DNA of 61,751 bases, filler included, from Squatina squatina (Eukaryota), in NCBI GenBank assembly GCA_031763465.1. It is 4 parts of 4 records of this genome, joined end to end, with 100 filler letters (N's around TTAATTAATTAA, not from the genome) between each part and the next. Parts side by side here need not be neighbours in the genome. Positions count along the whole stretch, not along the records: positions 32,981 to 48,299 come from JARFOE010557049.1; positions 48,400 to 61,751 come from JARFOE010000016.1; 2 more parts are not named here. One strand, given 5' to 3'. The stretch's first letter is position 1. The number at the start of each line of letters is the position of its first letter. The notes under the pieces are model-generated. The model did no database searches. It was not told where the DNA came from and was given only the letters and a program-made list of their open reading frames with translations. Shown piece by piece: positions 37,353 through 49,345 of the stretch. The position numbers were made by a program, and so were the translations under genes.

Positions 37353-40300
37353 GAACTGGGACACTTGGACAAGAGGAGCTCGGAGATGGCATTCCTGAAA
37401 ATAGGGGAACATGAGGAATTGAGGAGAATACAGTAACTGTGTAATTAGAAAGAGATAACAGGCAAATTTAGAGAAAACAGCAAATGTTTAATTAGAAATG
37501 GAGGATTGGGTAATTTGCGGGAAAAATGAGGTACTGATAAATTAGAAACATAGAACAGCAGAATTATGGTGAATACTGCGGCTGTTTAGTTGTAAATGTG
37601 GATCGGGGGTAGATATTAATCATTTATTTAGAAGTATGGGAAATGGGAAGATACTAACTGTTCAAAAACAACTGGAGGTTTCGAAAGTGTCAGGGAAACA
37701 TTAATTGTTTCATTGAAAACAAAGGCGAGAATCACAATCTTATGGGATGGAACGTGACATGGTAATGCAATGGTTAAATTTGCTTCCTAATTTCCCTATT
37801 GGCTTTGGATGATGCTGTTTGATTGCAAACCGATTCCTCCGGATTGTAGCTGGGTGCAGTCGCATCACAGTTTGATGGAGTTAAAACCTCTGCCTGCAGC
37901 GTGACTGGTCCCTTATGTACGGTTGGTCGTCTGATTCCAGTTAAGTGAGCGTGTGCCTCTTACACACAGCTACCTGCAACTCACAATCACTGCCCTAAGA
38001 AGCTGGACAGAGGCCGGATTGGTCGAGCTCGGGCCCCACGGGGACCTGCAACCAAGTGGAGTTTGTCTATTGGAGAAGCTCAGGATCAAGTGGAAATTTG
38101 AAAGGAAATTAATAAATTAAACTCATTCACAATTAAAGTACTGAAGCTATTGTTAGCGAAATGTTTTCGTCAGGTTCTTGAACATTGGAGTGAGGTTTCA
38201 GAGGCTTATTAAGCACACAGTATATGCAATAGTGCTTTACCATACAAGGTATGTTAATACCCTCAACCACAGCTCCTGACGGCTGGTTGGGGATTCAAAT
38301 GTGTTGTTCTAAAATCAGTATCTTAGACATTACAAAGGCTCATTGCAAACTGACACTGTTCTACTGCTTGTACATGGTAATCCACACAATATTACCTTAC
38401 AGAAATATATAAAAGTTAAATTACAATATCGAGTATATAGGTAAATAGAGAATGTAATCATGGATTCATCTTTCTGCAATGATATTGTTTCGTGGTAAAA
38501 GCACCTTTTCCTTTGGGATAAACGTATAATTTATTTAGTTCTCTATATCATCAATAACTTCAGTCTTGATCCAGTTAATTGCAAAACGACCAAGTGAAAC
38601 CTTTGATTATATGTCAATTGTTACTTCTGTATCATTCTGTAACAATCATGATGCCAGTCCAGATGTTTTCCTTTAGATAATTGACAGCTTTTCAACACTG
38701 TTGTCAAATGATTAAAAGTTCTCTGCAATGTATCAATCAGTTTGCAATGACATGTTTTAATTGCATTTCTTTTGCTTCATCTTGAAACTGCCTATAGCTG
38801 CAGGGTCAGTCCCGCCCATCAGCCCAGTGCTCGATAAATAGCCTTATTATAAATGGCGTGCTTAACAGGCCAAGTCCAAAGATGACTGCAAAGTTGAGAT
38901 AAAGAATACATATAACATGAACAGACTTCAGGACCTTCCGGTTATCACGTCTTTTACATTGCACTCTGCCGTAGCGTTATATTATTTAAGGTCAACACTA
39001 AACTATATCTTGTCAGCTGTTTATAGATACATCGGTCTATTCTATTGCACATATGTCTCAGCTCTCCAGAGCCATGTTAACCATTTCTCAAGTGGAGGGT
39101 AAACGCGGACAAGGACTGGTTGAGTAGAATGATCTGTTTCCCTGATAACAATTTCCAACATTTTGAGCACCAGCTGAGAATTCGGTAAATATCTCCGAAC
39201 AAAATATCTAATGTCACATGGACTAGTCAAGTTCCTGCTGTCTCTATCATTAGACACTGACATGGAGTCAGGGCCCCGTTCTATTTGTCCAGGAGACAAT
39301 GGAGGGCGGAGTCTGAGGGTGAGACCAGCGCCTGCAACATTCACACCAAGATTGCTAATTACAACGAACCCTAATTGTTGCACATTGTTTCTACACTAAA
39401 GGGAACTTTATTATTTAACCTGGGGCATCTCATTCCAGTGCCTGCAAAGTAAGGCAGTTAACGCTGGCGCCCACATGTTCCACTTCACTGCTGAAGCTCA
39501 ATCATGACTGTTCTCTTTGATTCCTGAGCGGGAATTGCTCTGTTTCTGATCATCCTGAGAAAGCAGCAGACAGCTAGCACACGGCACAAAGTGGAAGAAG
39601 TGTCACCTGATTTTCACAACACTAATCTATCTACCTGTCTACCATCTATCTGCCATCCCCTGAGAACGGATTTCTATAATGTTACAAAGCGTTGTTAGTT
39701 CGGCGACAATAACTCCGCTTGTGATTCATGCTCAATTGTTTTTTTTATTTAATTATAAGCTTTTTTGCAGCTGGTGCTTTTTTTCTTCCATTGATAAATA
39801 ATGACACACAAATGATACAAAGTGTTTCCCAGGCTGCGACACCCTGCGAGAATGTTCTCTAATTTCAGAGAACAAGACAAGCCCGGGACTGACCAGCTCC
39901 ATCTCTCCAGGCCCACCACGCGGCTGTGTTGTGCCAGACCCTCGAGAACGGCCTGGTCGTAAGGGGACATCGTTTTTTTCTTATACTGTAACACAACATT
40001 GACCAGTGCTTAAATAATATGCAGATTGTTCGTTCAGCTGAGGCTGCAGCCTATAATTTTTTGAACCACTGCCTCTGTGCTACAAGTTTTATGTTTAGCC
40101 CATTCTCTATAAGGGTATACATGGAGAGAGGATTAAATTGCCCTTCTCTCACATTTGCTCCACTACTAAAATGATAAAAGAAATGAATGCTGTCATAGAT
40201 TGACGTTTTCAATCAACTTAAACCATTCTAGCATCCCCGTAATATAATCAATGTAATTATTGGCTTCCAGCGAGAGGAGGTTCTATTCTCATACATATTA

Positions 40301-40529
40301 AAGTAATGGTCGTACTTGGCTTGTTTGCTCTTGTTGCTGACTCGGAAGTTATCATTCCAAAAACATAAATGTGTGCTCCACATCTGCTCTGCATTGAGAT
40401 AAGGAACGAATTAATATTAATCAATGTGTTCCAGGCTCTTTTATTCGCTGTAGCTGGGAGATATAACAGCGAATCGATGCTAATATCACTGATGCTTAAG
40501 GTCCTTCGTATCTGTGTAACTTTCTGGGA

Positions 40530-41250
40530 CTCCAGTGGTACCGACCAGTACCGGTGGAGCGTGGTTACATCCATTGCAAGTGGAGGGTTACCACGGTCAC
40601 AGGGGAAGCATGGTTACCACGAGTGTAATTTTGTGATTCCATTGTTACTGGAGTAGCAGGCTCATTACTCGTGTTAGTGCCGCTACCAACAGAGAAGCAT
40701 GGTTACCAGTAGTGTAACTGCAGAGTACCAATAGTACTGAAGGACTACCGTCACCTCGAGATGAAGCACTTGTACAGGAGGAACCCATGGACATCTAGTA
40801 GCAGTGGAAGGTTACCACCAGCATGTTCAATGGTAGAATTAGTTTACTGCTACTGCTATTACCATAGGAGCGCGTTCAAGTGCAGGCATGCTTCTGGTAT
40901 TGAGGAGCATTGACAAATCTCGTGTAAGTGTAGGGGCGCCAATAGTACTGAAGGAGCACGACTGGTACCGAAGGAGCAGAGACACTTCCAATATCAGTGC
41001 AGGGTACCTGTAGTACTGCAGGAGCACGGTCACCTGCAGTCTAAGTGTAGGGTTCCATTTAATCAGAGGAGTACAGTCATGACTTATGCTACCGGACTGC
41101 GTTTGCCCCCATTTTTGCAGGATTTGTTTCACGGCCTCTAGTGGAGGAGTTGGGGAAAGAGAAGAGGATCAAGGCCTGGGTCATGCCGATTAGTACAAGG
41201 GAAGCTGCCATTACCAGGCGTGTCGGTATAGGGTCATCAATAGTACTGGG
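40530..41250. repeat. Degenerate ~48-bp tandem repeat array
   Basis: Units resembling AGCATGGTTACCAGTAGTGTAACTGCAGAGTACCAATAGTACTGAAGG start near 40607, 40696, 40906 and 41023, with partial units between. Confidence 0.7.
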
Positions 41251-41409
41251 AGATTTCACTTTCCACTGGTAGAAAATGTTTTAATTATGTAATGTTAAAA
41301 GGTCCACTAACAATTTCACACATTTTTTCTAACCTGACGTTTCAGACATGAAAAACAACTTCATTGAATCTATTTGTTAAATGACTGTAACTAATGCTAA
41401 TTATGCTTT

Positions 41410-41460
41410 AACCTGATTGATACTCTGGAGGATTGGTGTGCGGATAAATAGAGGTTCCCT
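41410..41460 (+). promoter_or_regulatory. Putative core promoter of the GPR139-like gene
   Basis: Inverted CCAAT (GATTGG 41431) and TATA-like GATAAATAG (41443) about 85 nt upstream of the ATG. Confidence 0.4.
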
Positions 41461-41529
41461 TCAATTGCCAGAGCCGTGCGCCAGTCAGAATCACTGAGCT
41501 GCTAAATATTTCGTCAGTTCTCACAGAAA

Positions 41530-42946
41530 ATGGGGGGACCAGTTATTCTACTGATTAAAGAGATTTACTATCCGATTCTAGCAGCCGTCGGTGTCCCCGG
41601 TGAGCCATTATATAACCTGTTTGCTGTTAATCGGTTTTACCTGTCGCCCTGTTCATAAAGCCTGTTTGAAAAGGTAATATCTTTCATTGATGTCAGCACA
41701 GCCGTTAGGAAACGAGTTCCTGAACCGTGTGTCTGCACTTCCCGTGTTACTCTTAATCTGATAACATTAAGGTAGTTAAACTGTTCTCTGAAGCTCCAAA
41801 TCCAGGATTTTAGCGGATTTCTGGACCATACTCTCACCCTGTGCGGAGTGAGCACTGCAGCAGCTCAGTAAAATGTGTGAGTGGGTTTCCCAAGTAATGG
41901 CTCCAATACTAATCCAGTTCTCACCCTGCCCCATGTTGATAATCACACACAATAATGTTACATTTTCTCAACAGTTATCTCCATATGTATATCAGTCAGA
42001 CATTGGATCATTATTTCACTCCTCTCTCTTTCTTACAGCAAATTTGATGACTATTGTGATTCTCTCCCGAGGAAACTGCGGCCTTTCCAAGTGTATCTCT
42101 GTCTACATGGTGGCCATGGCAACAGCAGATCTACTGGTCATGATCTTCAATGTAATGGTATATTATATTTTCAGTTATCACTTTCCACTTTCCTTCCTGT
42201 CCCACACTCCCGTGTGTAAGTTCATTCTATACATGACTACAGTCAACCTTGACTTGTCTGTTTGGTTCACCGTCTCCATCACATTTGACCGATTTGTCGC
42301 TCTCTGCTGTCAGAAGTTTAAAACAAAGTATTGCACCGAGAGAACTGCGGTCTCAGTTATAACAGCTTTCACGGTCTTGATCTTTTTAAAGGACATCCCT
42401 GTTTTGTTTGCAGTTGAACCTCAGCAAACAGTTAACGAGGTGCAGTGGGGCTGCGGGTTAAGTGCGGCATTTTTTTCCTCAGATGCAGGTGTAACTTACG
42501 TCTGGTTTCACAGTGCCTGGGTCGTTTGGCTTCCTTTTTCTGTTATTGCCTTGTTTAATTATTTGACAATCTGACGTATTTTAGTGGCCAATGGAGCCCG
42601 CAGAGGACTCCGGAGTCACAAGAGTCAAAATCAGTGTGATCCAGAGATGGAGACCCGAAGGAAATCCATCATTTTACTCTTCACTATATCGGGCAGTTTT
42701 ATATTGTTGTGGCTAACATATGCCGTGGGTTTGGTAACTACCATACTGGCAAACCCCATTTATTACCGAGGCGACCTCACAGACCCTGGATATATCGCCA
42801 CTGAAATCGGATCCATGCTGAAGTATTTGAGTTCCTGTCCGAACACGTGTATTTATGCAGCGACCCAGAGGAAGTTCAGAGAAGAGCTGAAGAATGTGCT
42901 GAAATCTCCCTGGACCCTGATTCTGAGTTTAGTGGAAAAATACTAA
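41530..42946 (+). pseudogene. GPR139/GPR142-like orphan class A GPCR (exon 1 41530-41599, exon 2 42039-42946) with a single in-frame TGA at 42572-42574
   Basis: Exon 1 MGGPVILLIKEIYYPILAAVGVP G|GTGAG; exon 2 TTACAG|CA ANLMTIVILSRGNCGLSKCISVYMVAMATADLL, TFDRFVA, RRKSIILLFTISGSF, NTCIYAATQRKFREEL; the two provided ORFs are in the same frame. Confidence 0.88.
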
Positions 42947-43736
42947 TGAAAAGAACCAAGTCAAAGGACCCCTTCCTTGTAACAAAAGTTGAATTTCAAC
43001 TCATTTTCCATGTAAAAATATCCTTCTTTCTGGTAATATAAACAATGGGAGAGTTCATGCGTAAACATTTCTTCCACCATGCGTTTGATGTCTGATTTAC
43101 ATCCGCTTTTCACACTTCTTTCACTTAGTAAACATAACCTATTCCTGCAAATTCAGCACATTTCAAGTTCAGGGACCAAAGATGAGATTCAGCAGTGAAG
43201 TCAGACAGGTGGGTAACAGAGGATTCCACCTCACACTGCAGGTACTGGGATCGGACATGCCACTTTAAAATCATCAATAAAGTTTAATTCAGTGCTGTAA
43301 CGATCAAAGGGGGTGTGATCGGCCATACGGGTAATTTTCATCGGAGCTCGGGTCTCTCGATCAGATATCATTCCTCATTGGCAATGTCATGGGATCAGTG
43401 TTAGAATGAAGGAAATTGTCTGAACTCAGTTCATCGACGTGACCTTTCACACCTTTTGTCACAGATACTGACTGAAAATCTCGATTGTCCACGTACTGGT
43501 TTCTCTCATTCAGCAAAAAGACGGAGTCTGCACTTGTGCGCTGTCGATAGAAGTAACATGAGTAATACTGATCATATTCTGTCAGTCAGTCTCTTAAACA
43601 AAAGATTAAATGAATGTAATAATGAATATTTAAGCATAACATTATTAACTAATACAGTTGATTCAAGTTATCAATTAAACAAATACAACCAGAAATTCCG
43701 ATGAAATCAACCTGATCTTCAGTATCCTGTACAACA

Positions 43737-45890
43737 GCAAAATATTGTGAATGCTGGAATGCGAAAGAAAAACAGAAAATGCTGCAAACACTCAGCAGGC
43801 CAGACAGCATCCGTGGAAAGCGAAATAGAGTTAACGTTTCAGGTCAGAGACCTTTCATCAGAACTGAATAAGTTAGGGATGTAACAGATTTTAAGTAGGT
43901 GCAGAGGCAGTAAAAGCGGGAGGGGAGGGAAGAACAAAGGGGACGATCTGTGATAGGGTGGAGGGCCGTAGTGATCAAATGTTGCAAGTGAGAATGTCAG
44001 AAAGATCAACAGATGGCGCCGGAAAACTAGCGGCGTGAATTATGGACTGAAATTTTTGAAGAGGATGTTGAGTCCGGAAGGCTGTAAAGCGCCTAATCGA
44101 AGGATGAGGGGCTGTTCTTCGAGCTTGCATTGAGCCTCGTTGGAACAGACCAGGAGACCGAGGACAGGCAGGTCAGATTGGGAGTGTAGCGGAGAATTAA
44201 AGTGACAGGCGACCGGAAGCTCGGGGTCACGCTTAGAGACTGAATGGAGGTGTTCTGCAAAACCGTCAGCCAGACTGCGTTTGCTGTCCCCAATGAAGAG
44301 GAGACCGCATCACCAGCAGTGAATAGAGTATAGTAAATTACATAAAGTACAAGAAAATCGCTGTATCACCTGGAAGGTTCGTTTCAGGCCCTGAATTGTG
44401 GGAAGGGAGGAGGTGAAGGGGAGGAGTTGCATCTCCTGCACTTGCACGGGAAGGAGCTGTGGGAAGGGGAGAGGGTGATGTGGGTGATTGAAGAGGGGAC
44501 CAGGTGTTGTGGGGGAATGGTCGCTTTGGAATGACGAAAGAGGAAGGGAGTGGAAGATGTGTTGGTGGTGGGATCATACTGGAGTGGCAGAAATGGCAGA
44601 GGATGATCTCTTGATTGATATGGTTATTGGGGTGGAAAGTGTGGATTACTGGTTATGGGAGGCAGGCGAATGGGTGAGAGCAGAGATGCGGCAAATTGGA
44701 TAGACAGGGTCGAAGGTCATGTCAACCAAGGTAGAGGGGAATCCTCGGTTGAGGAAAAAGTAAGATATATTGAACGCGTTCGTATGGAATGTAACAATGT
44801 CAGAACAGATGAGATGGAGATGGAGGAACTGCGAGAATGGAATTGAGCCCTTACAGGAAGCAGGGTGGGAGGAACTGTAGTCCAGGTAACAGTGGGAGTG
44901 AGCCGGCTTACAATAGATGTTTGTGGTTCACCTATCCCCTGTAATGGAGACAGATAATTCGACGAAGAGAAGGGAAGAGTCAGAGATTGTTCATGTGAAG
45001 GTGAGTGCAGGGTGGAAATCTGAAGCAAAGTGAATTAAATTTTCCAATTCTGGATGAGACCAGGAAACAGCACCGATACAGTCATCAATGTTGCAGAAAA
45101 AGAGGTTATGGACGTGGCCTGCTAGGAGTCGTACAAAGAATGTTCCACAAGTCCCAGGAAAAGGCAGCCATCGCTAGGACCCAATAGGGTTACCTTCGAA
45201 ATACCTTTAATTTGGAATAAGTGAGTAGAATCAAAGAAGAAGTTGTTCAATGTGAAAACTAGTTCTGCCAGGCGGAGGAGGGTGGTGGTTGATGGAGATT
45301 ATTGGGCCTCTGTTCAAGGAAGGAGCAGAGCGCCGTCAGGCCATCTTGGTGAGGGATGGAAGTTTAGAAGGATCGGATTTCCATGGTGAAAAGGAGATGG
45401 TTGGGTCCAGGAAACTGGAAACTGTTAAACTGGCGGAGGCATCAGAACAGTCCCGAATGTAGGTGGGAAGAGACGGGGCAAGAGGAGAAAACATAGAGTC
45501 GAGATAGGAAGAAATCAATTCCATGGGCCAAGGAAAGACTGAAACAATGGGTCTTTCATTTTAGATGTTGGGAAGGAGCAAGAAGCGGGTTGTGCAGGGT
45601 TGGGGGAGTATGAGGTTGACCGCCGTAGTAGGAAGATATTAAGTGGAGATGAGATCACTGTCAGCCTTGGAAACAATGGAGTAGTATTTGGTAGTGGCGT
45701 CATGGTCCAAGGGAAGGTAGGAGGAGGCATCAGAGAGTTGGCATTCGGTCTGCGCATTGCAGAGGTTGATTCGCCAAACAACAACAGCACATCCTTGTCA
45801 GTAGGTTTAATGACAATGTTGGGGTTGGATCTGGGAGCACAGAGTGCTGCGAGTTCAGAGGGAGGGAGGTTGGAGTGAGTCAGGGGAGCA
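43737..45890 (-). mobile_element. Penelope-like retroelement (RT + GIY-YIG endonuclease), decayed, with 3' pLTR
   Basis: Minus strand: NIVIKPTDK, ELISSYLDSMFSPL..SLPTYIRD, NIDDCIG (YIDD), and NLLYSIHC..CGLLFIGDSKRSLADGFAEHLHSV..RDPELPVACHFNS. Confidence 0.92.
43829..43865 (-). ncRNA. Minimal type I hammerhead ribozyme (intact core)
   Basis: AGUU CUGAUGA A AGGUC-UCU-GACCU GAAA CG UU AACU: stem I AGUU/AACU, 5-bp stem II, loopless palindromic stem III (ACGU), GUU cleavage triplet. Confidence 0.85.
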
Positions 45891-46349
45891 GAGAAATTGT
45901 CAGTCCATATTAATTTATCTCACACTGTATGTGTTCCTGGATTCCAGATTCCCATTTTATGTGAACACTGTAATTACATATTCTCACACAAGCCTCAATG
46001 ATTCCCATGTGTTCTAATTTGAATAATTATCCAACGGCATTTGCTGGGCCTTACTTTTTACCTGCTACATTTATTGGATAATTAAAACATATTTTTCTTC
46101 ATTCTTAATATTTATCCCGACATAGAATCCACGGTGCCTCTTATTATGTTCTAACTGGATGAATCCATTTTAGTTCCACATCCACCAGCTGTTTGTTAAC
46201 CACTTTCTGCTTTTGTACTCCAGTGCTGGGATCTCCCAGACCTGCTCCATTGTGGAGTCCCACACACACAGTCGACGGATTATGGGACAACTCCTCAGCT
46301 TTCATTTCATTGACATGAACAGAAGATCGCTAGCAATGCAAGTGGCAGA

Positions 46350-46520
46350 GAATCGTAGAATCATGGAAGCACACGAGGAGGCTATTTGGCCTGTCATGCC
46401 CCTCCCAGCTCTTTGAAATAGGAATCCAATTAGTCCAAACCCACGGCCCTTTCCCCACAGCCCAGCAAACCAGTCCTTTCTAATTATGCATGCAATTACC
46501 TCTGAAAGTTACTAATTTTA
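46350..46520 (-). mobile_element. CR1 3' UTR fragment
   Basis: AGAATCATGGAAGCACACGAGGAGGCTATTTGGCCTGTCATGCC resembles reverse-complemented CR1 tails. Confidence 0.5.
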
Positions 46521-46529
46521 CAACAACAT

Positions 46530-46972
46530 CAGCAGTGGCTCTGCAGTAACACTCTCGCTCCTGAATCAGACAGTGGTGGGTTCATGTACTTCTCCAGAGA
46601 CTGAATAAATAATCTGTGCTGGTACTTCAATGCCGTACTGAGTGCACCGCACTGTCTTTCAGATCAGTTGTTAAACTGAGGCCCCGTCAGGTCTCACAGG
46701 TGGAAATAAAATATCCTGCAACAATATTTTAAAGAGAAGGGGAGTTCTCCACGATATCCGGGCCAATGTTCATCCCTCAACCAACATCACTAAAACAGAT
46801 TAGCTGGAAATTATCACAGTGCTTTTTTTGGGAGCGTGCTGTGAACAATTTGGCTGTCGCACTTTCTACATTGCAATCGTGTCTGCTCTTCAAAAATAAT
46901 TCATACACTGTAAATTTCTTTGTGAGGTCCTGGAGTCATGAACGAAGCTGCACACAAGCAAGTCTTTCTTTA
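46530..46972 (+). mobile_element. DeuSINE, near full length
   Basis: tRNA-like head (GTGGCTC...GGGTTCATGTAC), Deu domain and tail ending GCAAGTCTTTCTT; homologous to 12510-12821. Confidence 0.8.
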
Positions 46973-47059
46973 GTTATTAAGGAATCTGCTTCGATGACTC
47001 TTTCTTCAGGTCTTCTCTCCATCATTTGCCAGTTACTGACTATTGGTTATCAAGACATG

Positions 47060-48299
47060 AATAAGTAGTGGTAATGGAGGACACGGTATAAATCAGGAAC
47101 AAAGAAGTGCATGTACCAAAGGTAACACAGTAATCATTGGGAACTTTAATCAACATATAGACTGGGCAAACAAGATTAGCACTAGTGCTGTGGAGGGCGA
47201 ATTCCTGGAATGTATCGGAGATAGTTTTCTAGATCAGTATGTTGAGGAACCAATGAGGGAACAGGCTACTTTAGATCTTGTACTGTGCAATGGGAAGGGG
47301 TTAATCAATAACCTTGTTGTAAAGGGGCCCTTGGGGCTGAGCGACCATAATATGATAGAATTCTTCATTAATTTTGAAAGTGATGTAGTTCATTCCGAAA
47401 CTAAGGTCTTAAATCTAAACAAAGAAAACTATGAAGGTACGACGCATGAGTTGGCTGCGGCTGATTGGGAAACTAGACTCAAGTGTATGACGGTAGAAAA
47501 ACAATGGCTAAAATTTAAAGAAATAATACATAATTTGTAGCAAATATGTATTCCTTTAAGACACGGAAAACCAAAAAGAAAACTGGCCCAACTGTGGCTA
47601 GCATGAAAAGTTAAAGATAATGTTAAAACAAAGGAAGAGGCTTTTAAAGTTGCCAGAAAAAGCAGCAAGCCAGAGGACTGGGAGCATGTTAAAATTCAAC
47701 AAAGGAGGGAAATGAAAGTGATAAAGAAAGGGGAAATAGAACATGAGAGTAAACTAGTAAGAAACATAACAATGTACTGCAAAAGTTTTATGGGTATGTA
47801 AAAAGGAAAAGACTAGCGAAGGCAGATGTGGGTCCTTTACAGACAGAGATGGGAGAACTAATAATGGAGAATAAGGATATGGCAGGGAAGTCAAACAAAT
47901 ACCTAGTGTCTGTCTTCAAGGAGGAAAACACAAAAAAATTCCCAGAAATACTAAAGAACCAAGGATCTGGCGAGAATCATAAACTGGAAGAAAACCTGGA
48001 AGATGCAGGTTTAATAAACAATCTCAGAATAAAGGATCCCCTCGGAAGTAGTGATCATAACATGGTAGACTTTAGCATTCAATTTGAAAGTGAGGAACGT
48101 GAATCAGAAACAGCTGTGTTCAACTGAAATAAGGGGAATTATGAAGGACTGGGCAAATAGATCAGCAGGTAAGATAGTAGAGAAGCAATGGCAGACATTC
48201 AAGGAGATAATTCATGACTCTTAGCAAAAATACATCGCAGAGAGGAGGAAAGATTCGAAAGGAGGGACGAAACAACCATGGCTAACCAGGGAAGTAAGG
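47060..48299 (+). mobile_element. CR1 LINE ORF2 endonuclease region; two juxtaposed fragments
   Basis: FLDQYVEEPMREQATLDLVLCN...PLGLSDHNMIEF, and again at ~48000 INNLRIKDPLGSSDHNMVDF. Confidence 0.9.
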
Positions 48300-48399
48300 N
48301 NNNNNNNNNNNNNNNNNNNNNNNNNNNNNNNNNNNNNNNNNNNTTAATTAATTAANNNNNNNNNNNNNNNNNNNNNNNNNNNNNNNNNNNNNNNNNNNN
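48300..48399. other. Artificial scaffold linker
   Basis: N44-TTAATTAATTAA-N44. Confidence 0.97.
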
Positions 48400-48550
48400 C
48401 TGGGTCAAAAATGTTGGAACTCCCTCCTGAACAGCACTGTGAGAGTGCCTTCATCACATGAACTGCTCACCACCACCTTCTCAAGGGTAATTAGAGATGG
48501 GTAATAAATGCTGGCCTTGCCAGCAATGCCCGCCTCCCATGAATGAATAA
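48400..48550 (+). mobile_element. CR1-like LINE 3' end
   Basis: TGGAACTCCCTCCTGAACAGCACTGTG...AATAAATGCTGGCCTTGCCAGC...ATGAATGAATAA. Confidence 0.75.
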
Positions 48551-49069
48551 TTAAGTTGTTGGCCGATTTGCACATTAATAACGCCGTGCATTGTTCACAG
48601 AGTTATTTTTTCAACAAATTCTGGCCCATAGTTTTCTTTACAAAGCCATGGTTTATGCCTGGAGTTTATTAGGATAAGAATAAGAAGCCTATTAAATTAA
48701 ATATAAAATTCAAATCATCTGGAGATAATTTAATTTCCCCAAATTGAAGTACAAAATGACTTTCCACCTTTTGCCCCTGCAACCGCAACAGGCGAGCTGC
48801 ATCAGAGCATCGCTGCTGTCCTCATTTATTCTGATGAGACCGGAGGATGAATTTGCTTTGATCCTCGAGCCTCTCTGTTCTGGCCCAATGTTGCTGCTGC
48901 TATCAGAATTGCATCCAGTTTAGGGTGCTAAGGAATTTAGGCACAGAATCATTTAAGTTGAAAGAAAAAAAAATACTTTGAGATGCTCACTATAAATACA
49001 CAATACGTCATGAATCTGAACAAAATCCTGTAATGTGTTAAAATAGAGTTATATTTCAGTCAATCAGAG

Positions 49070-49345
49070 TTTAGGAACGTAGGAACAGAAGTAGGCCATT
49101 CAGTCCCTTGCACCTGCTCCGCCATTCAATTGGATCATGGCTGATCAGTAGCTTAACTCCATCTATCTGTTCCGTAACCCTTAATGCTCTTGTTCAACAA
49201 AATCCAATTAATCTCACACTTGAAATATTCAAGTGACCTAGCCTCAACAGCTTTTTGGGGGATAGAGTTCCAGATCTCCACTACCCTTTGTGTGAAGAAG
49301 TGCTTTCTGACCCCTGAACTCTAATTTTAAGCTTATGCCCCTTTG
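49070..49345 (-). mobile_element. CR1 LINE 3' end
   Basis: TAGGAACAGAAGTAGGCCATTCAG...AGAGTTCCAGATCTCCACTACCCTTTGTGTGAAGAA (FFTQRVV.IWNS on the minus strand). Confidence 0.8.

Noticed and set aside
48820-48875. GTC...CTGATGAG motif suggesting another hammerhead
   Set aside because: No GAAA box or compatible stems downstream; more likely ordinary or conserved non-coding sequence
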